Below, piece after piece: positions 1-13,802 of a DNA stretch of 64,000 nucleotides. The stretch lies in contig NC_057749.1 in assembly GCF_004010195.1 (NCBI RefSeq), forward strand, positions 13,762,543-13,826,542, given 5' to 3'. A model generated the notes under the pieces. That model ran no database searches and was not told where the DNA came from. It worked only from the letters and a program-made list of their open reading frames with translations. The number at the start of each line of letters is the position of its first letter. The first letter of the stretch is position 1. A program made the translations under genes and the position numbers. The stretch comes from Chiloscyllium plagiosum (lineage: Eukaryota).

Positions 1-2244
1 ATACATCCACGTCAGGATAGTTTGAGAGTTGAAGAGGAACTTGTTGCTGTAGTTGTGATAATTCTTTTCTTGCCCCTTGTAATGACAAACTTTCAATGGT
101 AATAAAGTGCTGTCAAAGTGAGGCTGAGAGTCATCCAGATTGAAAGTGAGAAAGTCGACAGTAGAGATGGGGCTGGAATCATGTGGTGGGAGGTCAGTGC
201 TAAACTGGAGGAAGCTGCAACTTATTCAGGACCACACCATGAAACAGAAAGAAAAATATTGAAGATATTTAGAAATAGATGCATGAACATTAAAAAATAT
301 AAAGGAGTTACATAAATATTGAGAAACTGAAAAAAAGAGAATAAAAAGACAGAAAGAGAAGACAGATCAGCAAGACTTAACGCTTTCTAGTCATGGCTAT
401 ACTCACATGAAGAGAGTTTACATTTTTTGCCTAACCACTAGCTTGAAAAAGTGAGCTTGTCAGTATTTAAAACTGCACAGCAAAAACAATTGTTCACACT
501 TACCTTTCTCCCCATGGAAAAACGTTACTTCTCTGCAATATAAAATCTATTATTGTAGTACTAGGTAGGTTGGGTGCATTTTGCTATGCAGTTTTAAATA
601 TTCATGAAAGGTAGCTCAATTTTCCAAAGTTTTGATAGACAAAGGGCTTTGAGAGCATGACAAATGTGGGAGCTTCATCTGCACAGTTTCAAATGGGAGC
701 CTAGTCATAAAATATGACAAACACCAATGACCTCGAAACTTGAGGCAAGGAGACTGTCTTCAAAGAGGAATCTCTGGCATTTCCCTCAGAATTGAAGGAC
801 ACAGAGGGTCAGATATTGCTGAAGAGGGAGTAGAGGGAGGAGTGAGATTGCCTTCAGTGAAACAAAGGAAATTTGGGAGAGAGGTGATAAAGGGAAATAG
901 GGCAAAGGGGAAAGAAAGATAGAGATACTAAGATACTAAGTCTGATGGTAGTCCAGTAAAAGGTCACCTCTCTTCAACAAAGTAGAGGATTTTTGGAGGA
1001 GAATAATTAATAAACAGCTTAAAGTAATGAAACTGGAGCAATCACAATCAGCAGGGGGGGATAGACAGTTAAGACTTGATTAATCAAAATGAAGTTGGCA
1101 CTTCCTCAAACTCATTTTCAAATTTCGGTTGCTGAAAATTCCCAGAGAGGAAACATATCTAAAAGGAGCAAAATCAAAACAAACACAGCTGCCAAACAGC
1201 AAGGTTATAATAATGAGGTTTCTACCACTCCTTCAATCTTTCCAAAAATGCCAACCTACCTATTAGTAGACAGGTAGGCTGCAAGAGTGAGTTGCAAAAC
1301 AATTTTGGATCCCTCCCATTATACCATTCTAACAGCCTACTAAAACGGATTACAGGCTCAACTTCAATAATGCATTTCAACTACAGGCCAGCAAAAATGG
1401 CACCTTTAGCCTGAATTACATAGCCTGAGAATCATATCCAATTATTAGCTAAAGTAACTATTACACAATCCAATTAAAGGGAAAACAGCTGTTAATCTTC
1501 AGTGGGCCACCATATATTAGTGGCTTTGTTGGCCAGACTGGCTTTGTACTGGCTTCCACTTATAGACTGCAATTCTGTCACTGTGAGCTGTTGGGTGGTA
1601 TTTGCACGACTTGCAGAAACAGGGAACATATGGAGAACAATCAGTTCAATGTCCATTAGGACATCTATTAGCATTGAATTTCAGAGTGTACAGCATCTCC
1701 GACACCTATACAATTACTATTTATGGTACCATCCAGTTTAGCATGACAAACTGCATGCAGAGTTATGATAAGGCTTGAAGAAAATACTTTATTCCCACTA
1801 AATTTGGGGTAATTAAAAACAGCTATGCAGCTACCTTGATGCTTTAGTGTAAGTATTTTAGCTAGTTCCTGTAACCTGCTGCAGACAAAGTCGTGCTCAT
1901 CTAGCAGTACTATTGGTGGGGTGAAAAAGGAGGTGAGGTTAATTTTTATTTGCCCCATTTGGACAGATAATTCAAACTTTTGAAAAACGTAGCCAATTAA
2001 AATCTTGTTACATTAAAGACGAGTACCTGTAAAACTCATTATGCAGCTGACAATGTAACTCAAGTGTGCTGGCTTTTTAATACACAGGAAGCAGTCTGAG
2101 AACATTCTCCGAAACTTCTGGCTTAGCCAAAAAAAAGTGTCATTATTCCCATTGGTATCTTGCTTTATATCAATTCGTTGGAATATAATAATAACACACA
2201 AGCTTGTAAAGGAACAGGAGCCAACAAAACTTCATTCTGCCATT

Positions 2245-2665
2245 TTCAAGGAACTACGAACCACCACCCCTAAGTCCATTTGTTCAACAAACTCCCTCGG
2301 GCCCTACATTAACTATGTATGTCCTGCCCTGCTTTGCCTTACCAAAATCTAAATTAAACTCATTCTGTCACTTCTCGGATCACTGGCCCGTCTGATTAAG
2401 ATCATGTTGTTCTTTTACATAACCTTCTTCCCAGTCCACTACACCACCAATTTTGGTGTCATCCACAAGTTTACTAACCATACCTCCTATATTCTCATCC
2501 AAATTGTTGATAGAAATGACATACAACAGTGGACCCAGAACTGACTCTTGCGGCAGGCCTTCGAACTAATAACGCTCTACTACCACCCTCTGTCTTCTAC
2601 CATCAAGCCAATGTATACATCTGGCTGTGTCTCCCTGGATCCCATGTGATCTAACCTTACTATCA
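2245..2665 (-). mobile_element. CR1-type LINE RT fragment
   Basis: Closely resembles the reverse complement of the CR1 copy at 34020-34460 (ccactacaccaccaattttggtgtcatcc..aagtttactaaccatacc = KFADDTKIGGVVD region). Confidence 0.8.
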
Positions 2666-2667
2666 GT

Positions 2668-3620
2668 GAGTTTGAGAAGATTTGTAGCTCAGTTTGAGAT
2701 TTTGGATGTAGGTTTGCTCGCTGAGCTGAAAGGTTCATTTCCAGACGTTTTGTTACCTTACCAGGTAACATCTTCAGTGGACGTCATGCGAAGCAATGCT
2801 GAAAATTCCTGCTTTCTATTTATATGTTTGGATTGGTGATTTCATTTCCTGTGGTGAAGTCACTTCCTGTTCCTNNNNNNNNNNNNNNNNNNNNNNNNNN
2901 NNNNNNNNNNNNNNNNNNNNNNNNNNNNNNNNNNNNNNNNNNNNNNNNNNNNNNNNNNNNNNNNNNNNNNNNNNNNNNNNNNNNNNNNNNNNNNNNNNNN
3001 NNNNNNNNNNNNNNNNNNNNNNNNNNNNNNNNNNNNNNNNNNNNNNNNNNNNNNNNNNNNNNNNNNNNNNNNNNNNNNNNNNNNNNNNNNNNNNNNNNNN
3101 NNNNNNNNNNNNNNNNNNNNNNNNNNNNNNNNNNNNNNNNNNNNNNNNNNNNNNNNNNNNNNNNNNNNNNNNNNNNNNNNNNNNNNNNNNNNNNNNNNNN
3201 NNNNNNNNNNNNNNNNNNNNNNNNNNNNNNNNNNNNNNNNNNNNNNNNNNNNNNNNNNNNNNNNNNNNNNNNNNNNNNNNNNNNNNNNNNNNNNNNNNNN
3301 NNNNNNNNNNNNNNNNNNNNNNNNNNNNNNNNNNNNNNNNNNNNNNNNNNNNNNNNNNNNNNNNNNNNNNNNNNTAGGAATTCTCGTGCATGTCTTTGTT
3401 TGGCTTGTACTAGGATGGCTGTATTGTCCCAGTTGAAGTGGTGCCCTTCCTCATCCATATGTGAGGATACTACTGAGAGAGGGTCATGTCTTTTTGTGGC
3501 TAGTTGGTGCTCGTGTATCCTGGTGATTAGTTTTCTGCCTGTTTGTCCAATGTAGTGTTTGTCACAGTACTTGCACGGTATTTTGTAAATGACGTTAGTT
3601 TTGCTCATTGTCTGTATGAG
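2668..3620 (-). mobile_element. Penelope-like element fragment (GIY-YIG endonuclease plus pLTR), split by a gap
   Basis: Minus ORF SKTNVIYKIPCKYCDKHYIGQTGRKLITRIHEHQLATKRHD is a PLE GIY-YIG domain. The pLTR at 2668-2874 carries a degenerate hammerhead motif. Confidence 0.85.
2875..3374. other. Assembly gap (500 N)
   Basis: Run of N. Confidence 1.
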
Positions 3621-3726
3621 AAAAAGATAGAGCATGCAAGTCTCGGTTAAGAAAAAGATTAACAGTGAGAGAAACATAACAAAGAATGAGAAAGGATATA
3701 ATAAAGACAAGAATGGTGAAGAGGAG

Positions 3727-3904
3727 TGAGTTTTGAGAAGATCTGTAGCTCAGGTTGAGATTCTGGATGTAAGTTTGCTCGCTGAGCTGGAAGGTTCATT
3801 TTCAGACGTTTCGTCACCCTACTAAGTAACATCTTCAACCAGAAGCTCACTGACTGTGCTACCTAATATGGTGACGAAACATCTGAAAATGAACTTTCAT
3901 CCAC
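3727..3904. mobile_element. Short Penelope pLTR fold-back element with 12-bp TSD
   Basis: Same pLTR as 2668-2780, followed by a partial inverted copy. TSD ggtgaagaggag at 3715-3726 and 3905-3916. Confidence 0.8.
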
Positions 3905-5074
3905 GGTGAAGAGGAGATAGAAGGGAGGAAGGGTTGCTAATGCATACTAGAAATTAAGCAGGGTTAATCTAAAACACTCCCATTCCTGGAGTTAACCAGG
4001 AAAAAAAAAATACAGCAAGCTACACCATTTTCTAGACAAAACCTTTAGTGTAGTAGAGAATTATCTACACCTTATGTGGTTCATAAAATATGGGTAGCAT
4101 CTGGACCAGAGGTTTGAACTCAATGAACTGTGTTTCTAATCAGCAACAACCGTTTTCAGAACTTGTTAGCAAATGCATGAAACAAAATGACAACTAATGC
4201 ACTCAATAAAACAAACATTCATTGACTAGAATTTCTTTCTGCTTTGCCCTCCCCCATCTTATCTCCCGCAGCACCTACAAGGCTTAGACATTATCATTTA
4301 GCTTTGTATTGTGTCAACCAGTACCATGATATCCGCTGCATCTGAAAACTGCATCCAAGCAATAAGCAAAAGAATATCTGATCACTTAAGCAATTCAAGA
4401 TAATTTTAATTTATGCACACTTCTATCTATAATAGGCAAAATGAACAATGCAAAAGTTACGCATTCACCATTAGATGAAAACAACAAACATGAATTTGGT
4501 TGTCGGGGATTCAGCTTTCAATATAAGTTAACTTAAATTAAGTTTATAATTTTGCCGGTGTGGTTGTGCACTTACAAACCCTGGGTCAATATAGACACTC
4601 ATATGGGAAAACCACCCATAAAATTGTGATCCCAACTTCCAGCAATTAGCCTTGGTAACCACAGCAAATTCACTGATACTTGCACTAAAACACAATGCAA
4701 TCTAATAAAGGCAAACCTGTTGCAGATAAAGCGGGATTTAGTGTACTCTATACTAAAGAACTTTAAATAAGATGGATTGGTTCGGGGCAAATCTTAACTG
4801 CAATACGCACCGTCTCTTTAATAAAAAGAAACAGTAAGAAGGTGTAATGTGCAATAAATAGTCTGCTATAGAAACTCAAATAATCTATTTATCCTCACCA
4901 ACATGCTGTCCTCTGGCAATACTACCAAAATTAGATTAACTATTCATTCATCATATTCTGTTTGTGCTTTTTGAAAGAGTTCTTGCCCAGATTTTTCTCT
5001 AAAGTCTATCAACTACAAACTTCTAAAACCCATTAAGTTCAATGGATCCACAGCCATATAGGTACATTTAACTT

Positions 5075-5370
5075 TATTCATGGATTGAGTGAGTGTCGTT
5101 GGCTCTGCCAGCATTCATTATCAATCACTAATTGCCCCGGAGATGGTGGTGGAGAACTGCTTTATTGAGCCACTGCAGTCCATGTGATATAGATATGTCC
5201 AGTGTTGATAGTAAAGGAATTCCAGGACCCTGATCTCGCAACATTGAAGGAATGGTGACATAGTTCTAAATCAGGACGGTGTGTCACATGGAAGAAAATT
5301 TTTAGTTGGTGATGCAACCATGCAGTTGCTCCCTAGTCCTTCTGGGTGACAGAGGACACAGGTTGGAGGA
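5075..5370 (-). mobile_element. Old LINE 3' end fragment (CR1-group)
   Basis: Similar to the fragments at 29100-29437 (+), 42810-43080 and 54235-54580 (ttattcatgg...gctggc...cagcatt...taattgccc). Confidence 0.55.
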
Positions 5371-6359
5371 TCCTTGATAACTTTCTGCACTTACTGTCAT
5401 GCAGCAATGTTGCTTTTATTAGTTGTTAAAAGCAAGCAGCCCCATATACCAATATGTACACATTTAAAATAAAACTAAAACAGATAAACGCATGCCAGAC
5501 CTGTTCTTTCACTGCTTTTATGATGGAAACCACGTATTTCTAGTCACAAAAATAACCAGAATTACAGATTCAACTGGGTACAGTTTTGGTGTGATATTGG
5601 CAATTTGATGACAGAACTGAAAACCACCTGCACAACTGGATTACAATCACAATGAATGTCAAAGGGTATTAAGAAGTTAGCAAGCTCAGTTGCTTTTCGG
5701 AAGTGCTGGAGTAAGGGAAGATGCCAATAAAGACTTGTTTCTGGGAAGTTCAGATAGTTCAGAGTTGTCTCTAAAATTCCCATTAGTTAATTATGATGGC
5801 TGTAGGAAGGAGGGGAATGGCAACTTTGCCCAAAGTTTACTGCTACAGGAGTTAGTCTGATAACTGAAATATTTCAAGCATGTACAAGACCGCCAACTGT
5901 AGAAATCAGCTCAGGCTGGTTAGGAAATTCAAATAAACTTACTTATCCACAGATTACAGACTGACCCTCTTACCTATGATTGGTCAGTTTTTAAGGGAGG
6001 ACACAATAAAAGGAAGAAAAGGAGACTTGTAAAACCAGATAACAACTACAAAGCCTATAAATTTCATTATTGGACAAAGCCACATCATTACATAGTAGTG
6101 TCTTCATTGCTAACACGTTCCATAATTATTATATTATTCCTTTTACAAAAGAAAACACCTTTATCAAAGAAAATTTGTATTTACACTATGATTTCATAGT
6201 TAATGAATCTTAAAACCACTAATTTGCATACACCAAGGCTCTACAAATTGGACACGATGATGGGAAGCTAATCCAAATTTTGGTGATGCTGGCTCAGGGA
6301 TAAATATCGAACAGTTCATGAGGAAACCCCCAAAATCAGACATTGAATTTATTCTATTG

Positions 6360-6740
6360 GCAGCACTCAGTCAGGAGAATGTAATTTCAAATGCCATTTC
6401 GATATTTGAATAAGTAGTTTAGGCTAATAGTCAAATTCAGTATTGAGAGAGTGCAACATTGTTGGGAATTGACACCAACTTAATATTTTGTTGAAGCAAT
6501 GTCATTTTGTCTGTCCCAAAGAAAGTAAAAAATTCCATTCCATTAGATGAAGAGGGCAAAAAAGTCTCCTAACATCTTGGCCATCATTACCTCTTAACTA
6601 ACATCACCAAAAACAAATAAGCTACTTATTGTTGTTCTACACACAATTGGTTGCTTTCTTTCCCTACGTAATAGCAATTACACTTCAAGAAGTTTTTTTT
6701 TTGAGATGTTTTGAATATCCTGAACTGTATAAATGCAACT
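6360..6740 (+). mobile_element. Degenerate Deu-domain (SacSINE/AmnSINE-like) SINE
   Basis: taggcta..ttcagtattgagagagtgcaacattgttggga...gaagagggc...ctcttaactaacatcaccaaaaac resembles the copy at 49630-49920. Confidence 0.45.
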
Positions 6741-9719
6741 TTTTTCTTTTTCACTGGTCAAAAGGATCTTTAATGTTCATTTCAACAGGATGATGGTACA
6801 ATGATTCGACATTTCATTGAAATGGCTATTGCTTTGAACAATGTTATTCAGGTACTTCCATAGTTTCTATGTTTGTCTTATATTAGAGATGATTATACGT
6901 TAATTGCATAAACTTGTTTCCCTTTGATTTTCATTTCTAGTCAGTTTGCTTGTTCTTTAATAACTACTTCTATTGATCAGATTAAAATACAGAAAAGAAA
7001 CATTTTGGAGCAACTGCAATCAAACAAGACTCAAAGCAACCATTAAGGAAGAACTTGTCACAACATGGAGTAGTTGAGGTGAACAGCATAGGTGCTTTTA
7101 AACAGGAGGGCAGATAACCACAAGGTGGAAAGGAATATATAGGAATTGGGATCTTGAACAGGGTAGCACCTGAAATTTTGGGGCCATAAAGCTCCCAAAA
7201 AACTCCCTCCATTCTCAGCTCGTTTCTCTCTTGCACCCTGCTTTCACAGCTCCTCTCATTCCCATCCCCAGTCTGATAGTTCTCATCATGGTATCATGCA
7301 ACTCTCAAGTCTTGAAATGAGGTTACAGTGAGAGAAAGATTGGGAAGTGTAGTATTAGATATACCATTTATAACTGCACTAACTCTCTGTCAACCCGTAA
7401 GCCACTCACTACTATGCACCATCTTAGGTAACTCAGAGAAGTGCTCCTTCCCAAAGGGAAAACTCCTACACACTCCCTCTTTTATCAAGTGTCATAAGCT
7501 TAAGAACTGCAATTTTGTAGCATCAATGATGTAACATTTATCCTTGGATTGGAAGGGCAGGCAGCCAACAATGCAGTGTGTAGCCCTGCAGCAAATCTTT
7601 CCATTTGAGTGCGGTCATCCAACTTTTGTGCAAGGCAAATGGAGGTTTGTTACAACTGTTGACTTTTGGTTGTGAGACTTCCTGTTCTCACAAAGTTTAC
7701 TATCAGTGTTGTATTAAGAAATTTAAAATCTGACAAAATTACTCTACATGCAAAACTTACAAAACAACTAGATATGTCCCTTGCAAACTCAGTTGAAAGT
7801 CAACATTTTAATGCCTTGAATTTAACACTCGTCAATCTCTCTTAAGAGACCATTAATAAATTATGTGTTAGCTCATTGAAAATTAGAGTGCAGCACAACC
7901 TTAATTCATTAGTAAGACATCAAGCATCTCAACTCAATGTGTATAGGTCTGCCTTCACACAAGTCAATAAATTAAGCTTTCTCTCGAGAGAATATGCACA
8001 GCAGCAGGTACGGTTCAGCGATACCAAATTTTGATGTGCATGAAACTTGAACAGTTTTAAAAAGAAATGTTGGATGATGTTCTACGAATAATGCATTCCA
8101 GGTGCCAAAAAGAAGAAGGCAGGTCAGTTACCAAAGCATGAAAATCACGGACTGTGCTAAACGCAAAGAAAATGTGGCAGCTTTCAATTCGAAGAGGATA
8201 CCATCACAAAAAGTCATGTGTTCAAATTGGATCAGAAGAACAGGCTCATGTTATCAAAACTGTGATTACTGTCAATGAGCCCCAGCAGTTCTCGCTAGCC
8301 TGGATAACACCAGATATATGTCCACTGAACTTCCTGTTGAAGGAAGGTAGGAACTATATAGATCTTTAATGAATTAGGTAATCAATCAGGAGTAAGCAAA
8401 AACTTCAAAGAAAGTGGAAAGCAGGAATGACAATTCTCAAAGGATGAACAAAATTATCCAAACCCTAAAAGCCAAACTACTACCTGCTTCGTCAGTACTT
8501 GTAAGTGCAGGCTGCGGCACCGAGGCATAAAAGATCCACAATTCAATCCTAGACATTTGCTGTTAGCTCAGCTTAACCAACATTACAACACAGGTGGCTG
8601 GCACAAAGGTTACAAGAATTGGATTAAGGCCTTAAATGATTAAAAGAGGCATGTCCTGCTAAATAAGACACACAATTTGTGCTGGTAGTGCTTAAATGTG
8701 AATTTTGAATTACAGTTGACAGTTAGCAATTCACCTGCTGATGGTCACTGCATACTTTCACATTATGGAATGGTTGAGATAGCAAAAGGATATTTCCGCC
8801 CCTCAAGCATACCACACCTTCAGTTGCAATCCATTATGGGGGAGATAAGTCAAAGTTTAACTTGATTGATGAGCAATTTTAGCTTTTGAAGCATCCTCAG
8901 ATCCTTTCAAACTACTGCCTTTGCAGAGTCATAAGAGTCAATTTAGCTGTACCAATCACAGATCATCCAGGTCAAAAGAGAAGGTTTTGCAGGAGAAAGA
9001 AGATTGTTGTTTGAGCACTTAGGGAGTTGAAAAAGAACTCAAGGGAATATTCTGTATTGGTAATTTATTCACTTTACATTCCTGCACAGCACAAATGAGT
9101 TTAAATACAAACATTTTACATTTTCTACTAATCATAGGGTGAAATATTGGGGCAACGTAGTCCACTTGATATCATTTGTTTTGTTAAACACTACTTTACA
9201 AACAAATAAAGATTTAAGAAGGTTTAAAAGAACATAATGAAGGGTCGTCAATTTGAAACATTAACTCAGTTTCTCTATATAGATGCCTGACTTGCTGTGT
9301 GTTTTCAATATTTTTTGTCTTTATTTCAGATTTCCAGCAACTGCAATGTTTTGCTTTTGGATAAATTTCTCCTTGTCTCACACACCTGAACCTCAGTGAT
9401 AACAAATGAAACATTCATTTGTATGATCCAATTTAACAGCAGCAAGGTAATTTTGTTCTAAATGTTGAGTCATTTAGGGCAGATGAAAAGAACGTGTGAC
9501 AACTTTGAAAATGAATCTCTCAGATTTAGTTTAACATTGCTAGGTACTTTTAAACAAGGTAAAGCAATCCAGTTGACATCCATGCCAACAATAATATTGT
9601 TGCTGCTCTTCATACTCTATTGATCTAAAGGCAGATATTCCATTCTAAATGAAACATACACTTCAACGTCTAATGGCAACAAAATAGAAAATAATTGATT
9701 CTCTCAACATTATGTTGAG

Positions 9720-10258
9720 GCTGCACAGGATTTTGTGGTGAAGCCTCTTCTGGAGTACTGTGTCCAGTTTGGTTTCCCTGTTATAGGAAGGATATTATTA
9801 AGCTAGGGAGGGTTCAGAAGAGATTTACACCAGGATGTTGCCAGGAATGGAGGGTTTGAATTATAAGAGGAGACTGGGATTTTTTCTTTGGAGCAAATGA
9901 GATTGACAGGTGACCTTATAGAGGTTTATAAAATAATGAAGAATATAGACAAGGTGAATGGCAGGTGTCTTTTCCCTACGGCGGGGCATTTCAAGACTAG
10001 TGGTCATATTTTAAGGTGAGAGGAGAAAGGTTTGAAAAAGACATGCAGAGCAATTGTTTTTTTACACAAGAGTAGTTTGTGTTTGGAATGAAGTTCCAGA
10101 GCAAGTGAGGACGTGGGTACAGTTACAATGTTTAAAAGACATTTAGATAAGTATATGAATAAATGTTTGAAGGAATATGGGCCAAGTGCATGCAGGTGAG
10201 ATTACCTTAGTTTGGGATTTTGGTCAGCATGGATTGATAGTTTCTGTGCTGTATGACT
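9720..10258 (+). mobile_element. CR1 LINE 3' fragment
   Basis: LEYCVQF...RVQKRFT...GDLIEVYKIM-like coding remnants and a ttctgtgctgtatgact tail. Confidence 0.85.
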
Positions 10259-11399
10259 AGATAAAAAGTCTTGGAATAAATCAATAACTTACTGTGAAGC
10301 AAAACATTTCCTGAACCTTTACCAATTCTTCTGTGTCCTTCTGCATGCTCCTCTAAAAACTGTCTCTGGCTAGTACACAACTGTATCGTTGTTGGCAGCT
10401 TGCTGGTACTTCAAGTGCAAAGCTAGGTGTTTTGTGCAACCCATGTCAATGCATCTTTGCAAGCAATTCAATAACAGAATTGTTGCGCTTAAATCAGTTC
10501 TCACTTAATGAACGTATGTGATACTTTGTTGCAATAGTCATTGCATAACATTCTAGGAGATGTAAATATATTTTTTCACCTCCATGAGACTGAGCTGTTG
10601 AGGTGTTTTGTGAAAACAACATGCCTCTTTTAATATGCATATACAAGTTGAACGTGAGTATAGCATGGCAGAATCCAGGCACATAACTCAATTATTAAAC
10701 AATAAGGTTTCATACTGGCATGTGAATAGCTATTACTAATTGTAAATGTTAGGCACTATTCTGCACGCAAAATCAAATCAAATTGTTACACTTACAGCAA
10801 AACAACAATCTGGATTTCAGCAGCAATTCTTAACAGACAGACAAAAAATACCAAAAATTATAAAATATTTCAACTGTGTTATTAGTAGTGAACTGGAATG
10901 TTTCCTTATCCTCAAATAAAATGACAGTGCAGCCTAACCATTAAAAGGCCAATTAAAGGCACTAAAAAAACCCTCCTTCTATCAATTAGATCTCTGCAGA
11001 TAGTTTTACAAGTGCATCCACAATGACTACTTTGTTCAATGTTTCTTGAGTGAGGCCACTCCCAACTTATTGAACGGCGATACAATTAAGAAAAATACTA
11101 CTCCCACAAAGGCATCTCAGAAACCCACAGGGACGGTATGTAGGACATAGCTTGTTAACTGTCTCACAACTGAGTCCATTACTGCAGCATATAATAAATT
11201 TTAAATGTAGTCACTGACCATGTACACTTCAATGTTTTTCCTCCACTGTTCAATTTCTAAGAGCCATTTGGTGAAGGAGTCATCAATTTTTGCTATATTT
11301 TAATTTATTTACAAAGTAAAACATTACAAGTGGATAGCTTCTAACTCTACTCGCCATCCTAGTGTCAATATATGCTTTTTTGATATTTTTTAATAAATG

Positions 11400-11650
11400 C
11401 GTTGAGACATGCTATGACACATTTACTGGGTAAGTCGAACTTGAACCCAGAACATCTGGACAAAGGCAAGGTCACTAACACTGCACTACAAGACCCTTCA
11501 TATATGTGCTTTATATGCCCTCTTTATATAGATATTTTCTCATCAGTCTGTTTAGAGATACTAATATACACCTCTGGAGTTGATGGGACCTGAACCTGGA
11601 TTTCCTGGCTCAGAGTTAGGGATACTACCACTATGCCACAAGAGCCCCAC
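11400..11650 (-). repeat. Tandem pair of tRNA-derived SINE heads
   Basis: Two related ~90-bp units (11405-11497, 11553-11648). Minus strand gggctcttgtggcatagtggtag...ccaggttcaggtccc has A/B-box-like motifs. Confidence 0.55.
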
Positions 11651-12631
11651 ATTCTCTTCATATGAGCTCAAGTAATGAATACACTCCACATGTTCATTCT
11701 CAACTTTAAATTATATAATTAACACCCACTCCTTTATATTCCAAGTTCCCATTTTTCAAGAAAATCCTTCAACATTCATTCTCCTAAGGGTATTGGCTTG
11801 TGCTAAAGTTCACTAGTGGTTGGGTTTTCCCAGGGTAGTGAGAAGGGATTATTAAAAGAAAGTAAAGGTAAGATTTTTAGAAGAGAGATTAGTGTATATT
11901 ACAGCGTGTTCAGGAATCATTTAAGAAGGAATGTCTCCAAAGTGAGGTGGTAACAGGAAACTATGGGACGCAGAGAACAAATACATTTGGCGCTTAAAAT
12001 TGGAATTCTGAAATATGACCACACACAACATTAAAAGTACTTACTCAGCTTGCTAGCGGAACAAAAATCAACATGGACCATTACAAAACGTTACTAGTGT
12101 TGCTATTTCTTCAAATCACTTTTTTAAATGAAAGGGGATTCAAGTACAGTCAATCCCAATTCCATTAATTATACTGCTTTCACCCAGCTGAATACACTGA
12201 ATAATAATCAAGATTTTTGAAGACAAAATTTTTTTAAGATATTGTTTTTTAAAAAAAATTAGAACTGTTCAAAACATTCATCAGTGTTAACTTATCGTGA
12301 CCTTAGACACTGCTCTAACTACAAAAGATAGAAAGACTTGTACTCAGATTGTGTTTTCACAACGTCATGATGTCCCAAAATGTTTTACAACTAGTGAAGT
12401 ATTTATAACATGTCAGCACTGTTGGAACATACAAGAAGAGATGCAGCAGCAACAGACTTCTCCTTCATCAGATAAACATGCACTCCCAGCTTACTAAATA
12501 AAAACCAAGCACTATCTAATACACTGTTGATAAATCACATTACAATTAATTTCATGTGAAAGCTCATTTTTTTTCAAGTAAAATATCAGGCTTGGCAGTA
12601 GATCCTATAATCAAGGTAGATACTTTATGAA

Positions 12632-12814
12632 ATCGAGAGTGTGGTGCTGGAAAAGCACAGGTCAGGCAGCATCTGAGGAGCAGGAGAATAGACATTTTGG
12701 GCATAAGCCCAAAATGAAGACTCTGCTACTCCTCAGATGCTGCTTGACCTGCTGTGTTTTTCCAGCACCACACACTCAACTCTGATCTCCAGCATCACAG
12801 TCCTCACTTTGTCC
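12632..12814. mobile_element. Penelope-derived fold-back element (family A)
   Basis: Inverted arms gtggtgctggaaaa...ttttccagcaccac. TSD tagatacttt(t)atgaa at 12617-12631 and 12815-12830. Confidence 0.8.
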
Positions 12815-12998
12815 TAGATACTTTTATGAAGTCAACTTAAGGGCAAAATTCGAACAACACCAGGTTATAGTCCAACAGGTTTATTTAAAATTGCAAGCTT
12901 TCAGAGCTCAGCTTCTTCCTCAATCATGGTATGATACAGAAGTGTTAGACATAGTATTTATAAGCAAAACGTTAACACTTTAAAACTAGCTGTCCTTG

Positions 12999-13782
12999 CA
13001 AGGTTTGTAGCTCAGGTTGAGGTTTAGGGTGTAGGTTTGCTCGCTGAGCTGTAGGTTTGATATCCAGACATTTCATTACCTGGCTAGGTAACATCATCAG
13101 TGGCGACCTCCAAGTGAAGCAAAGTTGTTGTCTCCTGCTTTCTATTTATATGTTTGTCCTGGATGGGGTTCCTGGGCTGGTGTTCGTGTATCCTGGTGGC
13201 TAACTTTCTTCCTGTTTGTCCTACGTAGTGTTTGTGGAATTACATGGAAATTTGTAGATGACATTGGTTTTGTCCGTGGGTTGTACTGGGTCTTTTAAGT
13301 TTGTTCATTTTTGTTTGAGAGTGTTGGTGGGTTTGTGTGCTACTAGGATTCCGAGGGGTCTTTGTAGTCTGGCTGTCAATTCTGAAACTTCTTTGCTGTA
13401 TGGTAAGGTGGTTAGGGTTTCTGGCTGTGTTTGGTCTGGATGTTGTGGTTTGTTCTTGAGGAATCTGCAGACTGTATTTTTTGAGTGTCCGTTCTTCTTG
13501 AATACGTTGTATAGGTGGTTCTCCTCTGTTTTCCGAAGTTCCGAAGCAAAGCACTCCAACCGTAACGCCATAAATAAACACATAGATCTAGATACCATCT
13601 ATCAACCCCTCAGTAAACGAACAGGAAATTACATCCCTAGGAGCGCCATTCAGGACAAACATATAAATAGAAAGCAGGAGACAAAGCTTCGCTTCACATG
13701 GAGGTCGCCACTGATGATGTTACCTAGCCAGGTAATGAAACGTCTGGATAGCAAACCTACAGCTCAGCGAGCAAACTTACAC
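12999..13782. mobile_element. Penelope-like element with inverted pLTRs and internal ORF remnant
   Basis: ~160-bp near-perfect inverted arms. Internal minus remnant EENHLYNVFKKNG...TLPY.KEVSELTARLQRPLGILVAHKPTNTLKQ. 14-bp TSD actagctgtccttg at 12985-12998 and 13783-13796. Confidence 0.9.
13707..13748 (+). ncRNA. Minimal type I hammerhead ribozyme motif in PLE pLTR
   Basis: cca CTGATGA T GTTACCT agcc AGGTAAT GAAA CGTC tgg: intact CUGAUGA/GAAA core, stem II, GUC cleavage triplet and stem I cca/tgg. Confidence 0.75.
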
Positions 13783-13802
13783 ACTAGCTGTCCTTGTTAG
13801 GA

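Noticed and set aside
2796..3555. Long ORFs in the ORF track
   Set aside because: Artefacts of translating through the N gap.
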